Of a stretch of DNA of 64,000 nucleotides, positions 26,281 to 37,479 are shown piece by piece. The translations under genes were made by a program, and so were the position numbers. Origin of the DNA: Lama glama (Eukaryota); NCBI GenBank assembly GCA_028534125.1, contig CM052818.1, positions 40,302,001 to 40,366,000 of the forward strand, in the 5' to 3' direction. The stretch's first letter is position 1. Each line of letters starts with the position of its first letter. The notes below the pieces were generated by a model. That model saw only the letters and a list, made by a program, of their open reading frames with translations, ran no database searches and was not told the DNA's origin.

Positions 26281-27157
26281 GCAGAGACAAATTCAATCAT
26301 TCAACGAATATTGATGAGATCTCTTCTGGGAGATTAACAGACTGCCCCTGAGCATCTTGGTCTATGCTAGAAGTTGAGCTCCTTAAACAGATAAATAACA
26401 CTAATCTTGACTGCATTATCACTACTGAATTGGCATGAAACGATACAAACAGTGAGCCAATACAATGGTATTTCCTGCAATTGAAAATGAAAACAAATAT
26501 TTGAATAGGTATCCATGAAATAAGTCATCTTCCTGTGCCTCCCTACATGGTCTTCCCTACTAATCTGTTAATAAGAAAACTCTTATCACTCTAGATGCTG
26601 AATAGTTAGATAATAAGAATAGAAGACACCTGTTGATTGATCTGTGTAAGATTAAAGTCCTTGATTTTAAAAATCAAACTATTATTGATGAGCCCTAGAT
26701 TCACAGAAACTATGGTTTATTAAGAAAACAGGAGAAGTTTTAACTCTATATAGCAAATGAAAAAGTTCCATAAGTAGCAATCTTCAGAGTAATGGAGGAA
26801 AAAAAAGTCATTCTGTGTGATCAACTTCACATTTAAAATCCAAGTCCTGCTGACCCCTGCAAAATTCTCCCCTAGCATTTCCCGTGTTATCATTTTTCAA
26901 ATGATAAATGCCTCATGCTTCAAATCCATGAACCAACAAATTTCTATATTAAAAATGCATTTATCTACTTTTCCGAAATGTGTTATTTTAACTAATGCTT
27001 GTTAAAACAAGGGAAAAATAATGTCTAAAATGTATATTTCTTTGATATTGACAAAGAGACAAGTTGTAATTTTTATGTATCCTTTTATTCCCCAAACCCC
27101 AGATTTCTAATGTCTCTGGATTAAAAATTAATGAACATTCTTTGTTCCTATATTAAG

Positions 27158-27250
27158 AGTGAGACTGGATCGAGGTACTCAAAAGACAGCCTAGAAACAG
27201 ACAAATCTAGAAAGGATTCTGAGAAATCTGGAGTCCGTCTGAGCACTCAG
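27158..27250 (+). CDS. NT5C1B: NT5C1B coding exon 2 (SETGSRYSKDSLE...GVRLSTQ)
   Basis: Acceptor tattaag|, 93 nt, phase 0-0, donor CAG|gtaagc. Confidence 0.88.
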
Positions 27251-27561
27251 GTAAGCTGTTCACTTTATCATTGGTGAGAAAATTAAAGAGCAGAAAGTAT
27301 CATAAAAAATATTAGGGGGCAGGGGAGTTTGGGGAGAAAAGACTGAGCTATGGAGATTTGTATTAAGGGAGAGCTAACGTCCCCATGGAGAGGTTAAGGA
27401 AAAACTAGAAGCTGGTCCCTGCCTTCCCCTCCCCATGCTCATGTAGAATATGTGGTGTAGAATCCCTGCTCAGCCTATGGGAGGAGACTGGTCTTTGTTC
27501 AAGTCGGGGAGGGGAGGGGAGTCTGGCCATCGCGTTGACCATTTTCTGCACAATCTTTCAG

Positions 27562-27744
27562 ATGAGGCGTGCAGTCAATCCGAATCACTTGCTGAGATGT
27601 TGTCCCATACGGGGTCACTCGTCGTGTAGACGCTGCTTTTGTGCAGCTGAGGGAAAAGTACTTCCTGGCCCCTGCCGCACAATACGTATTTATATTCACA
27701 TGTGCCTGTTGTGGGAGCAGGGCCTGCAGATCACCACGATCAGG
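27562..27744 (+). CDS. NT5C1B: NT5C1B exon 3, Cys-rich, probably a cassette exon (MRRAVNPNH...QITTIR)
   Basis: Acceptor ctttcag|ATG, 183 nt, phase 0-0, donor AGG|gtgagc; resembles the segment of the long human isoform. Confidence 0.85.
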
Positions 27745-28347
27745 GTGAGCAGAGATCAAACTACTGATTTTGGAGGGGAGCCGCAGGGCAATCTGGGTGA
27801 GGGGAAGGACACGGGAATAGAAACCCTTCCACTCGACTCTCCGTGGTCTCCTCCATCCTGTTCCTCCCAAAGGGAATGCTAGAGGGCGCTATTCCCTCTT
27901 AGGCCGCTGCCTTGGAGCCCTGCTGCAGCCTTGTTTAGGGACCAGCTGCCCTCCTCTTTGTAGTCTGGTCAAAAATGTTGACTCTGTCTTTTTAGCATCT
28001 GCTAATAGGCTCATTCTTAAGGAAAGAAGTGGGGAAAGAGGAGGAAAAATGTTCAACTCTATTACGTTTTGTATAAGAGGAGTCACAGGTGAACAAACTA
28101 TGAGATATCAGACTTATTTCTTGATTTTGGATGCTCTTCTGGGTGGATTCCCACTTTACTGCTCCTCACAGAAGTTAGGATTGGGCCAGAGCTAGAACAC
28201 TATACAAGGGCCAGGGTTGAATAGAGGGCAGGAAACATGTCATTGAGCATGGCTATATTTAGCCTGACATGGCTATTTCATAAGCATATGCATAGAAGGG
28301 GTGGGTGGCAGGGCATTACACCTCTGGGTTTCTTCTCTTCTTAAAAG

Positions 28348-28485
28348 GGATCACAAGAATTATCTTTGCCGAAGACAGGGTCTCGAGGGTACCTAGTCCG
28401 AAATCAGTGGTCTCGAACTTCTCGGAGCCCATCCACCAAAGCTCCATCAGTAGACGAACCCAGAAGCAGGAACAACAGTCTTAAG
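28348..28485 (+). CDS. NT5C1B: NT5C1B coding exon 4 (GSQELSLPKTGSRGYLVRNQWSR...NNSLK)
   Basis: Acceptor cttcttaaaag|, 138 nt, phase 0-0, donor AAG|gtagag. Confidence 0.9.
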
Positions 28486-28521
28486 GTAGAGATGGGGATG
28501 CAAGGGAGGAGCACACGATGG

Positions 28522-28579
28522 AATAATAATAATAATAATAATAGTAATAATAACAACAACAACAACAACAACAACAACA
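28522..28579. repeat. Compound (AAT)n(AAC)n microsatellite, followed by a MIR (to about 28780)
   Basis: Direct reading; MIR core follows. Confidence 0.85.
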
Positions 28580-29808
28580 TTTCTTGATGCTTTCCATGTG
28601 CCAGGCCCTGTTCTATGTACTTTATACGGTTTAGCTAACTTAACCCACAAGTTAAGCCCCCCAGAGTAAGAAAACTGAAATAGGTAACTTGCCTAAGATG
28701 TCACAGTAGTAATGCTCATAGAGCTCGATTAAAACCCAGGGTCTCTAGGTCTAAAAACTGCACATTTAATGATTAAACTCTTATCATTTCTCCTTCCTTC
28801 CTTCATACATTCAAAAACTATTCATTGAGTACCCAAGAGACAGAAGAGGGGCTGGAAAGGTCAACAAAGGAGATAGATTGTCCAAGAGTGCTAGATTGTG
28901 TGATGCTCTGAGTCCTTAGCTAGGCCCAACCACGAAAGAAGAAAAAGTTTGTTGTGAGAATGAGTTTTTGGATTCAGAGAGTGACACAGGCCCAGCTACT
29001 GAGAGAACATGTGTTCCCACTATCTGTCCCTGTGAGGACTGGCACAGTAACCTAACCTAACATGCCTTTTGAAACATGTGAAACAATCATAAAAACTGAA
29101 ATAATACACGGATGCTTAACCATCTATCCCACACCTTAGTGAAGGAGTCCTTTCTCCAGAACCATTCCTTCCTATTTAGGAAGATGATTCTCTCCAGCTG
29201 AGCTTCACTGGCACAGGAAGCTCTGAAGGTGATGGGGAGACACCTGATTTTCCAGCCCACAGACCTTCCCAGCACTCACTGCATTAATTACAGGGCAAAT
29301 GTGCAGGCAGATACCCCCGAGGTGCTTTGTAGAGCCTTCTGGTGGGAACTTGCAGTCTAGCTGCTCACCGAGTTAACTGGAGGTCACAGAAGGAGGCAGT
29401 GCCAAGCAAGGTCCCTTACTTAAGCCCTCTGTCCTACCTGGAGGTCTCTGGCTGAGCAGGTTTATCAGAAGAAAGTGACACCTTTGCTAGTTACCTAAGG
29501 GCAAGGAAGAGGTCCCCCACCCTATCTACTCAAACAGAAAACAAATAAAAAAGTGTGAGGTGCTGATGGGGCAACTGGGGGAAAATAAAAGCAGTCTGTC
29601 TCTGTGTCCCTGTAACAGAAATGTCTAATATTTGAAGCATCTGAGCCCCTTTAAGCCCTACTTAAAGGAGCTGAGATGAACCAGGATCCTTCTAAGGGCT
29701 AGGAATGGCACAGAGAGAAGGGAGTAGCTCCTTGACTCCAGCTGGCCAGAGATGAGGACAGGGACCCTGGGCGAGCATCGAACTCAGAAGCCCACTTTCT
29801 TGCTCCAG

Positions 29809-30279
29809 CCCCCCAATAGCTCCACAAGCTCCGGGACTTCATCCACCTCCCCTAGCCATCAAGAGTCGCCGCAGCCGCTGTCAGCGCAGCCCTCGCCGCC
29901 CACGCCAACCATGCCGCTCGACTCCCGTCCTTCCACGCCACCCGAGCTCCAGCTCCCGTCCGCGTCCCGGCGCAGCACCAAGCTCACTGAGAATTCCGAC
30001 GCCTGGTCTCATGCCGGGGGGCGGGAAAGCCGAGAGTCCCGAGACAAGCGGGAGTCCCGGGACTCCCGAGATACGCAGCAGCGGGAGTATCCTCGCACGC
30101 CCCCTACCGAATGGAAGCCCTATGCCCAGCGCAGGATGCTCTACCCTTCCCAGCTGGACCGCGACTGTATGTCCGACCTGGCCAGGCAGCTAGAGGAAGA
30201 GGAGGACGAGGACAATGCCTATTGGGCATCCGTGAAAACGCTGTATGAGAAGACACCGAGCTGCTCTCGCCCCCGGCCG
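29809..30279 (+). CDS. NT5C1B: NT5C1B coding exon 5 (Ser/Pro-rich, CpG-rich; PPNSS...CSRPRP)
   Basis: Acceptor cttgctccag|, 471 nt, phase 0-0, donor CCG|gtgagc; lies in ORF 29752-30339. Confidence 0.9.
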
Positions 30280-30582
30280 GTGAGCAGGACCCGCCTTTCC
30301 TGGTGCCGGGGTTGTCCCTTCACGCAGCCACGAGGCTGAGCCTCTCTCAGCCTCCCTCGTTTCCATGTGTCTAGGGAAGTCTGGCCCAGCCCTTTGCTTC
30401 TCTTCCCTAAACCTCTCCCTTTGCACTGCCACCTCCAGGTCCGAGCCCTTGGCTGTCTCCAGCATCCCAGTCCTCCAAGCAGGGACCCAACTGCTTTCTT
30501 CCCACTCTGTCCTGTGCTGAGCCCCATTCCTGATCCCTTCGGGTCTGTGTGACTGTCCTCTTGTTGATGTCCCTCTCTGCAG

Positions 30583-30750
30583 CCCAAACCCAAGCATGCC
30601 ATCACCATCGCTGTGTCATCCCGGGCGCTCTTCAACATGGTGGACGGCAGGAAAATCTACGAGGAAGAGGGTCTGGAAAAGTACATGGAATATCAGCTTA
30701 ATAATGAGAATGTCGTCCTGACCCCAGGGCCCGCGTTCCGCTTTGTCAAG
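30583..30750 (+). CDS. NT5C1B: NT5C1B coding exon 6 ([19 protein letters not shown]...GPAFRFVK), start of the nucleotidase domain
   Basis: Acceptor ctctctgcag|, 168 nt, donor AAG|gtactc; cN-I family motif SSRALF. Confidence 0.95.
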
Positions 30751-31407
30751 GTACTCTGAAAGCTGTCTTTGGCCCTCCAGGACTCTGGATGGCAGGGAAA
30801 GACCCATGCCAACACTTGGGATCTCATCCAGGTTTCCTTATAATTCCTAGTCCACCCCTGTCTTTCTTGCCCTTTTCAAGTCAACCTCAGATCAGTTTAC
30901 ACTTTCAAAGAAGCTTCCACACTGTTGAGGAAAAGACTGCAGCCCCAAATTTGAAATGTTGAGCTTCCCCAAGTGGAGTCCTAATCCTGAGACCTGTAAC
31001 AGAAAGTTTTGTTCCCTCCATAGAAGGAGTGGTAACCAGAAGCAATAATGAGCTTACAATTCCAAGCAGTAGAAATAAAACACCGTAATAAAATGAGATG
31101 AAATTCAGTTTAGCTGCTCTTGCCCCAAACACAGCATATTAAGAAAGTCAAGATGCTCTTGGGCAGTTAGGGGGCATGACTTTAACAGAGAAAGTAAGGT
31201 TCTCGGAACTTACACTGAAATGTATAGTACTTACAGCTCTGATCCCCTATATAACTTAAACAAATATTATACAATAACATCATAACCAGGCAGAAACAAA
31301 TGACACCTCCACTAGTTGTGAGGAGAAAGTAGTTTTAGGGCCTAGTGGCAGCATGGGAGGAAACCACAAACCTAATCTAAAGACTCATGTTTAAACAACA
31401 GACAGAT

Positions 31408-31513
31408 CGCTCGCTTTGGCAGCATATCTACTAAAACTGGAGCAATACGGAGACCATTAGCATGGCTTCTGTGCAAGGATAACATGTAAATTCATGGAGA
31501 AGCCTATACTTTT
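31408..31513 (+). pseudogene. U6 snRNA retropseudogene in NT5C1B intron 6
   Basis: Colinear with U6 (GCTCGCTT.GGCAGCA.AT.TACTAAAA.TGGA...ATTAGCATGG...GCAAGGAT.ACA...AAATTC) with many substitutions; ACAGAGA box changed to ACGGAGA (31447-31453). Confidence 0.9.
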
Positions 31514-31882
31514 CACAGTAAAAAATAATCATCAGATGATCAAGAAAGACAGATTTTGTGAATCAAACACAAAAACAGACAAAACCATAAAAGGGTTAGC
31601 CTGATCCTAGCTATCTACCCCACTGAAATAATTCCAGTAAACCAAATATAGCAATTTTCAACAAACATTACCCATCTTTCAGTAAACATTAATTTAGGTC
31701 CTTTGCATAAGGGGCTGAAAATACAGAAATGAATGCCATAACCCTGTCTTAAAGAAGCCACAGTCTCTCAGTGAAGAGTCTTCAAGGCTTGAATTCGATA
31801 CCAATGTGATCCCTTCTCTCCAGTTTCCCAATGCCCATCTTGCCTGGCCCTCTTTACGCACATTCACGTTTGTAACCTTCAG

Positions 31883-32012
31883 GCACTGCAGCATGTCAAT
31901 GCTAGACTCCGTGAGCTGTATCCTGATGAACAGGACCTATTTGATATTGTACTGATGACTAATAACCATGCCCAAGTGGGAGTGCGGCTTATAAACAGCG
32001 TCAATCACTATG
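31883..32012 (+). CDS. NT5C1B: NT5C1B coding exon 7 ([43 protein letters not shown])
   Basis: Acceptor ccttcag|, 130 nt, phase 0-1, donor G|gtaagt. Confidence 0.95.
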
Positions 32013-33559
32013 GTAAGTAAAATAAATACCATGTGGAAGAACAGCTCGCTGCTCTGGAAGAGAGAAGCCATGTTATTTTGCTAACTGTGGCCTAACTAAT
32101 GCAGTGTCTTTGATACTGACACCCCCTTCTGCGTGAGGAATGTTTATTTGCCTATGTCAGAGCAAGAGAGGCCATGTTCATTTTTAACATCGGCACAGAG
32201 TTGGGCTCAAAGCACTGGACTTAACTTGTCAAGTGTGAATTTCAAAGTCTTAATCCCAGGCCCTGCAATATATTTCTCTGTTTTATGTTTTTCACTTCTG
32301 AACTTGACTTCAAGGAGCCGTCAACCCAGAGCCTTGTTCTGGGTGATCAAACTTCTTGCTCACCACAAATGCATGTTAAAGGTTTAAAGGTTTTTACCTC
32401 TCCTTTCTACTCTTAACATCTGACTCTCCCCGGCTGCTCCCTTCCCCCCATCAAATCCATACTCATGCCGGCAAAACTATCTTTATTACTTTACAAGGAA
32501 AATGTGATCGGTTCTGTCTCTTCATAGCAGTTCCATCAGGCATTGGAGACTTTAAGTCCCCACTTTCCCTGTTAGGGAATTACCTGACTTCTTACATGGG
32601 GACCTTTAACCTATTTTCTAAGTGAAATATCCAGTCTTACAGGTATGTCAAGTCAAAATAAGGTTTACATTTGGTATATTTAAATTCTAGGTTTTCACTG
32701 GGCATATTTACATACAGTCAATTTGTATTACAAAGTTATGAGTTTTATTATATTATGCTAATAAGGCTGATGTCTTACTGAGACAGTTGAAAATATGTCT
32801 GCCTTTCAAAAATGCCATCTTCAGAGTACTATGCTATGAAAAGACAACATATACAAAAGGTTTAGCACAGATGAGTGGCACAGTCACTCAATAAAGGACA
32901 GCTATTATTTTTACAAAACACTGTCTTATTTGATTTAGTAGGTGATTTAGGTCTATCTGCCCCTCACCACACTGAGCCCATTGAGGCCTGTGGCAAAAAG
33001 AAACTATGGCTATTTATTTATTAATTGTTAATGAACACATTAAGCCCAATCTTATGCAGCCTTGCTGAGGGATTAACAACTTTTTACCTGGAAGAGTTAC
33101 TTACTTCCCTCCTCTGGGTGCTAAAGGCAACTTGTCTCACTCTTTGCTATGGTCTTTGTTATAATTTTCTATTTACATGACTGGCTCCTCAGTGCACTGT
33201 GATCTCCCTGAGAAGAGGGATGATGTTTTAATGATTTCTGAAGCCCCCAGTGCCACCAAATAATTTCTGATCATAAAATTAATAGTATGGTTCACTTTGG
33301 TGCCACTTAGGCCCAATGTTGGCTTACGTGAAAAAGTGACAGTATTTTGTCAATACCGAGCAAACACTTCCACTTCTACTGCTGAGAGACCGTATCCAGT
33401 CTCTTGGTCCATGCAGAAGATAAACAAGTGACGAGACTCAAACAACTGACTGGACTCAAAATTCTGCTTTATATCATCTGCAGCTACCCAGTTTATCATA
33501 TATCCAAAAACACTCTGAATGGGTACATGATATCCTTATGGACAGTGTTACACTTTAGC

Positions 33560-33960
33560 TATTCTCACATCACTGAACCATGTTTTGCTTTTATAAATAA
33601 TCCTGTGCTGAGACCTTTCTACATAAATCTTTAACAGAGTTTCAGATTATTCCCTTAGGATAAACTCTTCAAAAAAGGAAACACAGGTCAAAAGGTATAA
33701 ACCTCTTAATAGCTATTGATACTTTTATCAACAAATATCAAATTACTTTCTAGATAGCTTGTACCAATCTATACTTTCATTCATAGTGTATGTGGGTGCC
33801 TATTTTACAAACCTCTCACCAAATATCACATTTGTCTAGTATTTTTTATTGTTGTTGATTTGAAAGACATTTAACGGTATATTAATGTTTAGTCTGCTAA
33901 TTGTATTTAAAATTTCAAGTCAAGAGACAATTTCAGGCCATTTGTTGTTTTTATAAAATA
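33560..33960 (-). mobile_element. Old L1 (L1ME-like) 3' fragment
   Basis: 'tttgcttttataaataatcctgtgctga...ttcccttaggataaactc...acaggtcaaaaggtataaac...gcttgtaccaatctatactt'. Confidence 0.55.
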
Positions 33961-34431
33961 GTTTAAATCCTATCACTACTTGTTATTACTACTGTATTGT
34001 TACTAAAGAAATACAGAAATGGTACTTAAAAACAGACCATGTCCGAACTGGCCCTCTCAACAGGTGAGGATGCTGTAGCTGAAGGGAAAATGCACTGTCC
34101 TAGACTAGACAAGAGTTGATGTGAACCAGTGGGCTTAGACAAGCCTTTGTGTCTCAGTTTCCTTTTCTGTAACGAGGATAATAAAGCCTGCCAGAACAGT
34201 TGTTGTGAGAGTAAACTGGCATGGCCTACCTGGATGTATCTGGACCATAAACTACCATAACCAAACAGATCCACTATTATATAAAATAGCTGAGACATTT
34301 TTCAATATTGGGCCTAATTCTAAAATCTCAATAGGGACTCAGTTATTCCTAAGGTAACTTTCACTTGCATTTATAGTAAGTATATGGTTTTTACTCTCTG
34401 ACATAACAAAGTCTTGTTTGCCTGATAATAG

Positions 34432-34554
34432 GCTTACTAATTGACCGCTTCTGTCTGACTGGTGGAAAAAGCCCCATTGGATATTTGAAGGCGTATCTTA
34501 CCAACTTGTATCTTTCTGCGGATTCTGAAAAAGTACAAGAAGCGATACAAGAAG
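34432..34554 (+). CDS. NT5C1B: NT5C1B coding exon 8 ([41 protein letters not shown])
   Basis: Acceptor aatag|, 123 nt, phase 1-1, donor G|gtatta. Confidence 0.95.
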
Positions 34555-34964
34555 GTATTAGTTTGGTCTTCTCTCTCTGGTTAATAAAGAGGTCTGCAAG
34601 AGCGTTTCCTTCCATTGGGCTTCACATATGGTTACGTGGTTTATGTTATTGTTGGATTTTCTGCTAAGGTGTCTCTGTAAGTGGCAGCCCTCAAGTTTGT
34701 CTTTTAGAGCTTCGACCTTCTTCGAGGTGGGCATGTTCAGTGCTTATCCTACAACCTATTTCACACTTTCCCATCCCTTATAGAAACGGAGGCAGTACAA
34801 AGACAACTGTTTTGAGATGTGTGGTTGTGAAGAGGAGTTGAGTCATTTTCAGAGAATAGCTAGAGAGGAAATTCAAGGTCTGGGAGGACTTTTTTTTTTT
34901 TCATAGTAGACACTAAAATTCATGATCCTGAGAAGAGTATTAATCAATCCCAATGTTCTGCCAG

Positions 34965-35149
34965 GAATCGCCTCTGCAACAATGTTCGATGGAGCAAAAG
35001 ACATGGCTTATTGTGACACACAGCTCCGTGTGGCCTTTGATGGGGATGCAGTCCTCTTCTCTGATGAGTCTGACCATATTACCAAAGAGCATGGGCTGGA
35101 CAAATTCTTTCAACATGAAACGCTATTTGAGAATAAGCCTCTTGCTCAG
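34965..35149 (+). CDS. NT5C1B: NT5C1B coding exon 9 (GIASATMF...[17 protein letters not shown]...KPLAQ), containing the catalytic DxD motif
   Basis: Acceptor ttctgccag|, 185 nt, phase 1-0, donor CAG|gtaagt; FDGDAV motif at 35036-35053. Confidence 0.96.
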
Positions 35150-35296
35150 GTAAGTTCAATGAGTTCTAATTAATTTTGATCTACTTATTTTCCAAGACAT
35201 AAATACTTCTTCATTGTGATACCTTTTTTTAGGCAGGCCACTTCTCACTTCTTATTCTTTGTAGTTTTCTCCCTTTCTTTTGTGAACTCCTTATTT

Positions 35297-36017
35297 TATT
35301 TTATTTAACATTTTTTATTGAGTTATAGTCATTTTACAATAATGTGTCAAATTCCAGTGCAGAGCCCAATTTTTCAGTTCTACATGAACATACATATATT
35401 CACTGTCACATTTTTTTCTGTGAGCTACCACAAGATCTTGTATATATTTCCCTGTGCTATACAGCATAATCTTGTTTATCTGTTCTACATAAGACTGTCA
35501 GTATCTACAAATTTTGAACTCCCAGTCTATCCCTTTCCCACCCCTCCCTTGGCAACCACAAGTTTGTAGTCTATGTCTATGAGTCTGTTTCTGTTTTGCA
35601 TTTGTGTTCTTTTTTTTTTTTTTTTTTAGATTCCACATATGAGCTATCTCATGTGGTATTTTTCTTTCTCTTTCTGGCTTACTTCACTTAGAATGACATT
35701 CTCCAGGAACATCTATGTTGCTGCAAATGGCTTTATGTTGTTGGTTTTTATGGCTAAATAGTATTCCATTATATAAATATACCACATCTTCTTTATCCAG
35801 TCATCTGTTGATGGACATTTAGGCTGTTTCCATGTCTTGGCTATTGTAAATAGTGCTGCTATGAACATTGGGGTGCAGGTGTCATTTTGAAGTAGGGTTC
35901 CTTCTGGATACATGCCCAGAAGTGGGATTACTGGGTCACATGGTAAGTCTATCCCTAGTCTTTTGAGGAATCTCCATACTGTTTTCCACAGTGGCTGCAC
36001 CAAACTGCATTCCCACC
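35297..36017 (-). mobile_element. Relatively young 5'-truncated L1 (ORF2 C-terminus plus 3' UTR) with TSD
   Basis: Minus ORF '[37 protein letters not shown]...TPMFIAALFTIAKTWKQPKCPS'; TSD GTGAACTCCTTATTT (35282-35296) / GTGAACTCCTCATTT (36018-36032). Confidence 0.93.
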
Positions 36018-37479
36018 GTGAACTCCTCATTTAAAAGCATCTGCTGCCAACTCTTTTTTTAGTTGTAGCATTCTTTTATCTATCCTTTTGGAAATGTTTC
36101 TATGATCTTCTCATGATAATGAGTTCACCTCCTCCAAATTATGAGTAACAGTGGTAATACAGCTTACCAGTTAGCCATTTCTACATAATAGGTTCTCAAA
36201 ATAATAAGGTCATTTCCAACAGGTCAGGAAACATTTGTTGAACCTCTCTGTCCATAACCTCAAACTCAACAAAGGCATCACTTAACTGAGAAAATCTGCA
36301 AAACTGAGAGCTTGAATTAAATCAACGAATGAGCCTCAAACAAGTGCAAAATATGAACAACTAATAAATTGAAACTGAAAACTTAGGTATTTGGGGAATC
36401 AATCCATGAACCAAAGTGTCAAAGTCATGGTCTGAAATGAACAAAACCTATAACTCCTGAAGCAAAAGATTTGAAACTTCAAAATATTCTCCAAACTGAA
36501 TCTGAAATAACTGATCATTTAGTTTTAGTCTATGAATCTTACCAAGGCCTTTTTTTAATTGGCCATTTTTTCTCAGCTCTTCTTGAGCTTAAGATAAACT
36601 TAAATATTGTTAGTTTTATTACATTCATAAAAGTATGAAGAGACTAATTGAAAGCTGGAAGTTTTACTAACTCGCCTCATGTTACAGCAAGGGATAATTA
36701 AACTCTGTGTGTGTGTTTATATGTGTGTGTTTAACTTCATAGCCCTTTCCTAAATAGCTTTTTTAGAAGTCTTGAGCTCAAGAAGTTGTTCAGTGTTAAC
36801 AAAATTCCCTATTGAAAGGAAAACCCTTTGTTATATTTTACATAAGTCTGCTTGGCTGAAATTCAGGGCCTATTGTATAGTAGCCTTTAAGTGTTATTAA
36901 AATGTACAAGATCTTTAAAAAAAACTTCCAAAAAAGAATTATTTCAAAATAATCTTAAAATACCATTTTTTTTCTATCTCAGGGAAATAATCCAAATTTC
37001 TTTTAGATTTTTCACTTATCAGTTCTTTTTTTTTCCATATTTTAAATCATTTTTGCCATTAAACAATCGAAATTGTGAAGCCCAACACTAGTTATAGCAG
37101 GAATACCTAATGAATTTTTATTAAGCATGCTTGTTTTCATTATGCGGTCCTTCTGGCAGTGGATAAATATGGAAAGACCCGGCTTTGCCAGATGTGTTCC
37201 GCTGATGAGAAGGAAGTTACGAGGTATGATTACTACCCAGGGCTTTCAGCTATGTTGGTCATGGAGCTTGTGGTTTGGGCATGACAATGTCCCAGTTGTC
37301 TCAAATGGAGGAGATGTGAGAGTCACCAACAAATGGGACAGCTGGATAGGATTAATTTAACCACTCTCATTGCAGCTTATAAGCCTCCAGTGTGGTACCA
37401 TGGCTAGTAATGGCTGTCTCCTGATTTGATTTCTGTGTCATCTTAATCATTCTGCAATAGTGATCTCCAAGTGTGTGTG

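Noticed and set aside
28366..28587. ORF with a poly-Asn tail
   Set aside because: It is exon 4 read through the donor at 28485 into an intronic (AAT)/(AAC) microsatellite.
30190..30638. Two minus-strand ORFs of 135-139 aa antisense to exons 5-6
   Set aside because: GC-rich antisense shadow ORFs with no supporting signals.
31408..31513. Functional U6 snRNA gene
   Set aside because: Many substitutions including the ACAGAGA box, no recognisable upstream PSE/TATA, and retroposition hallmarks.
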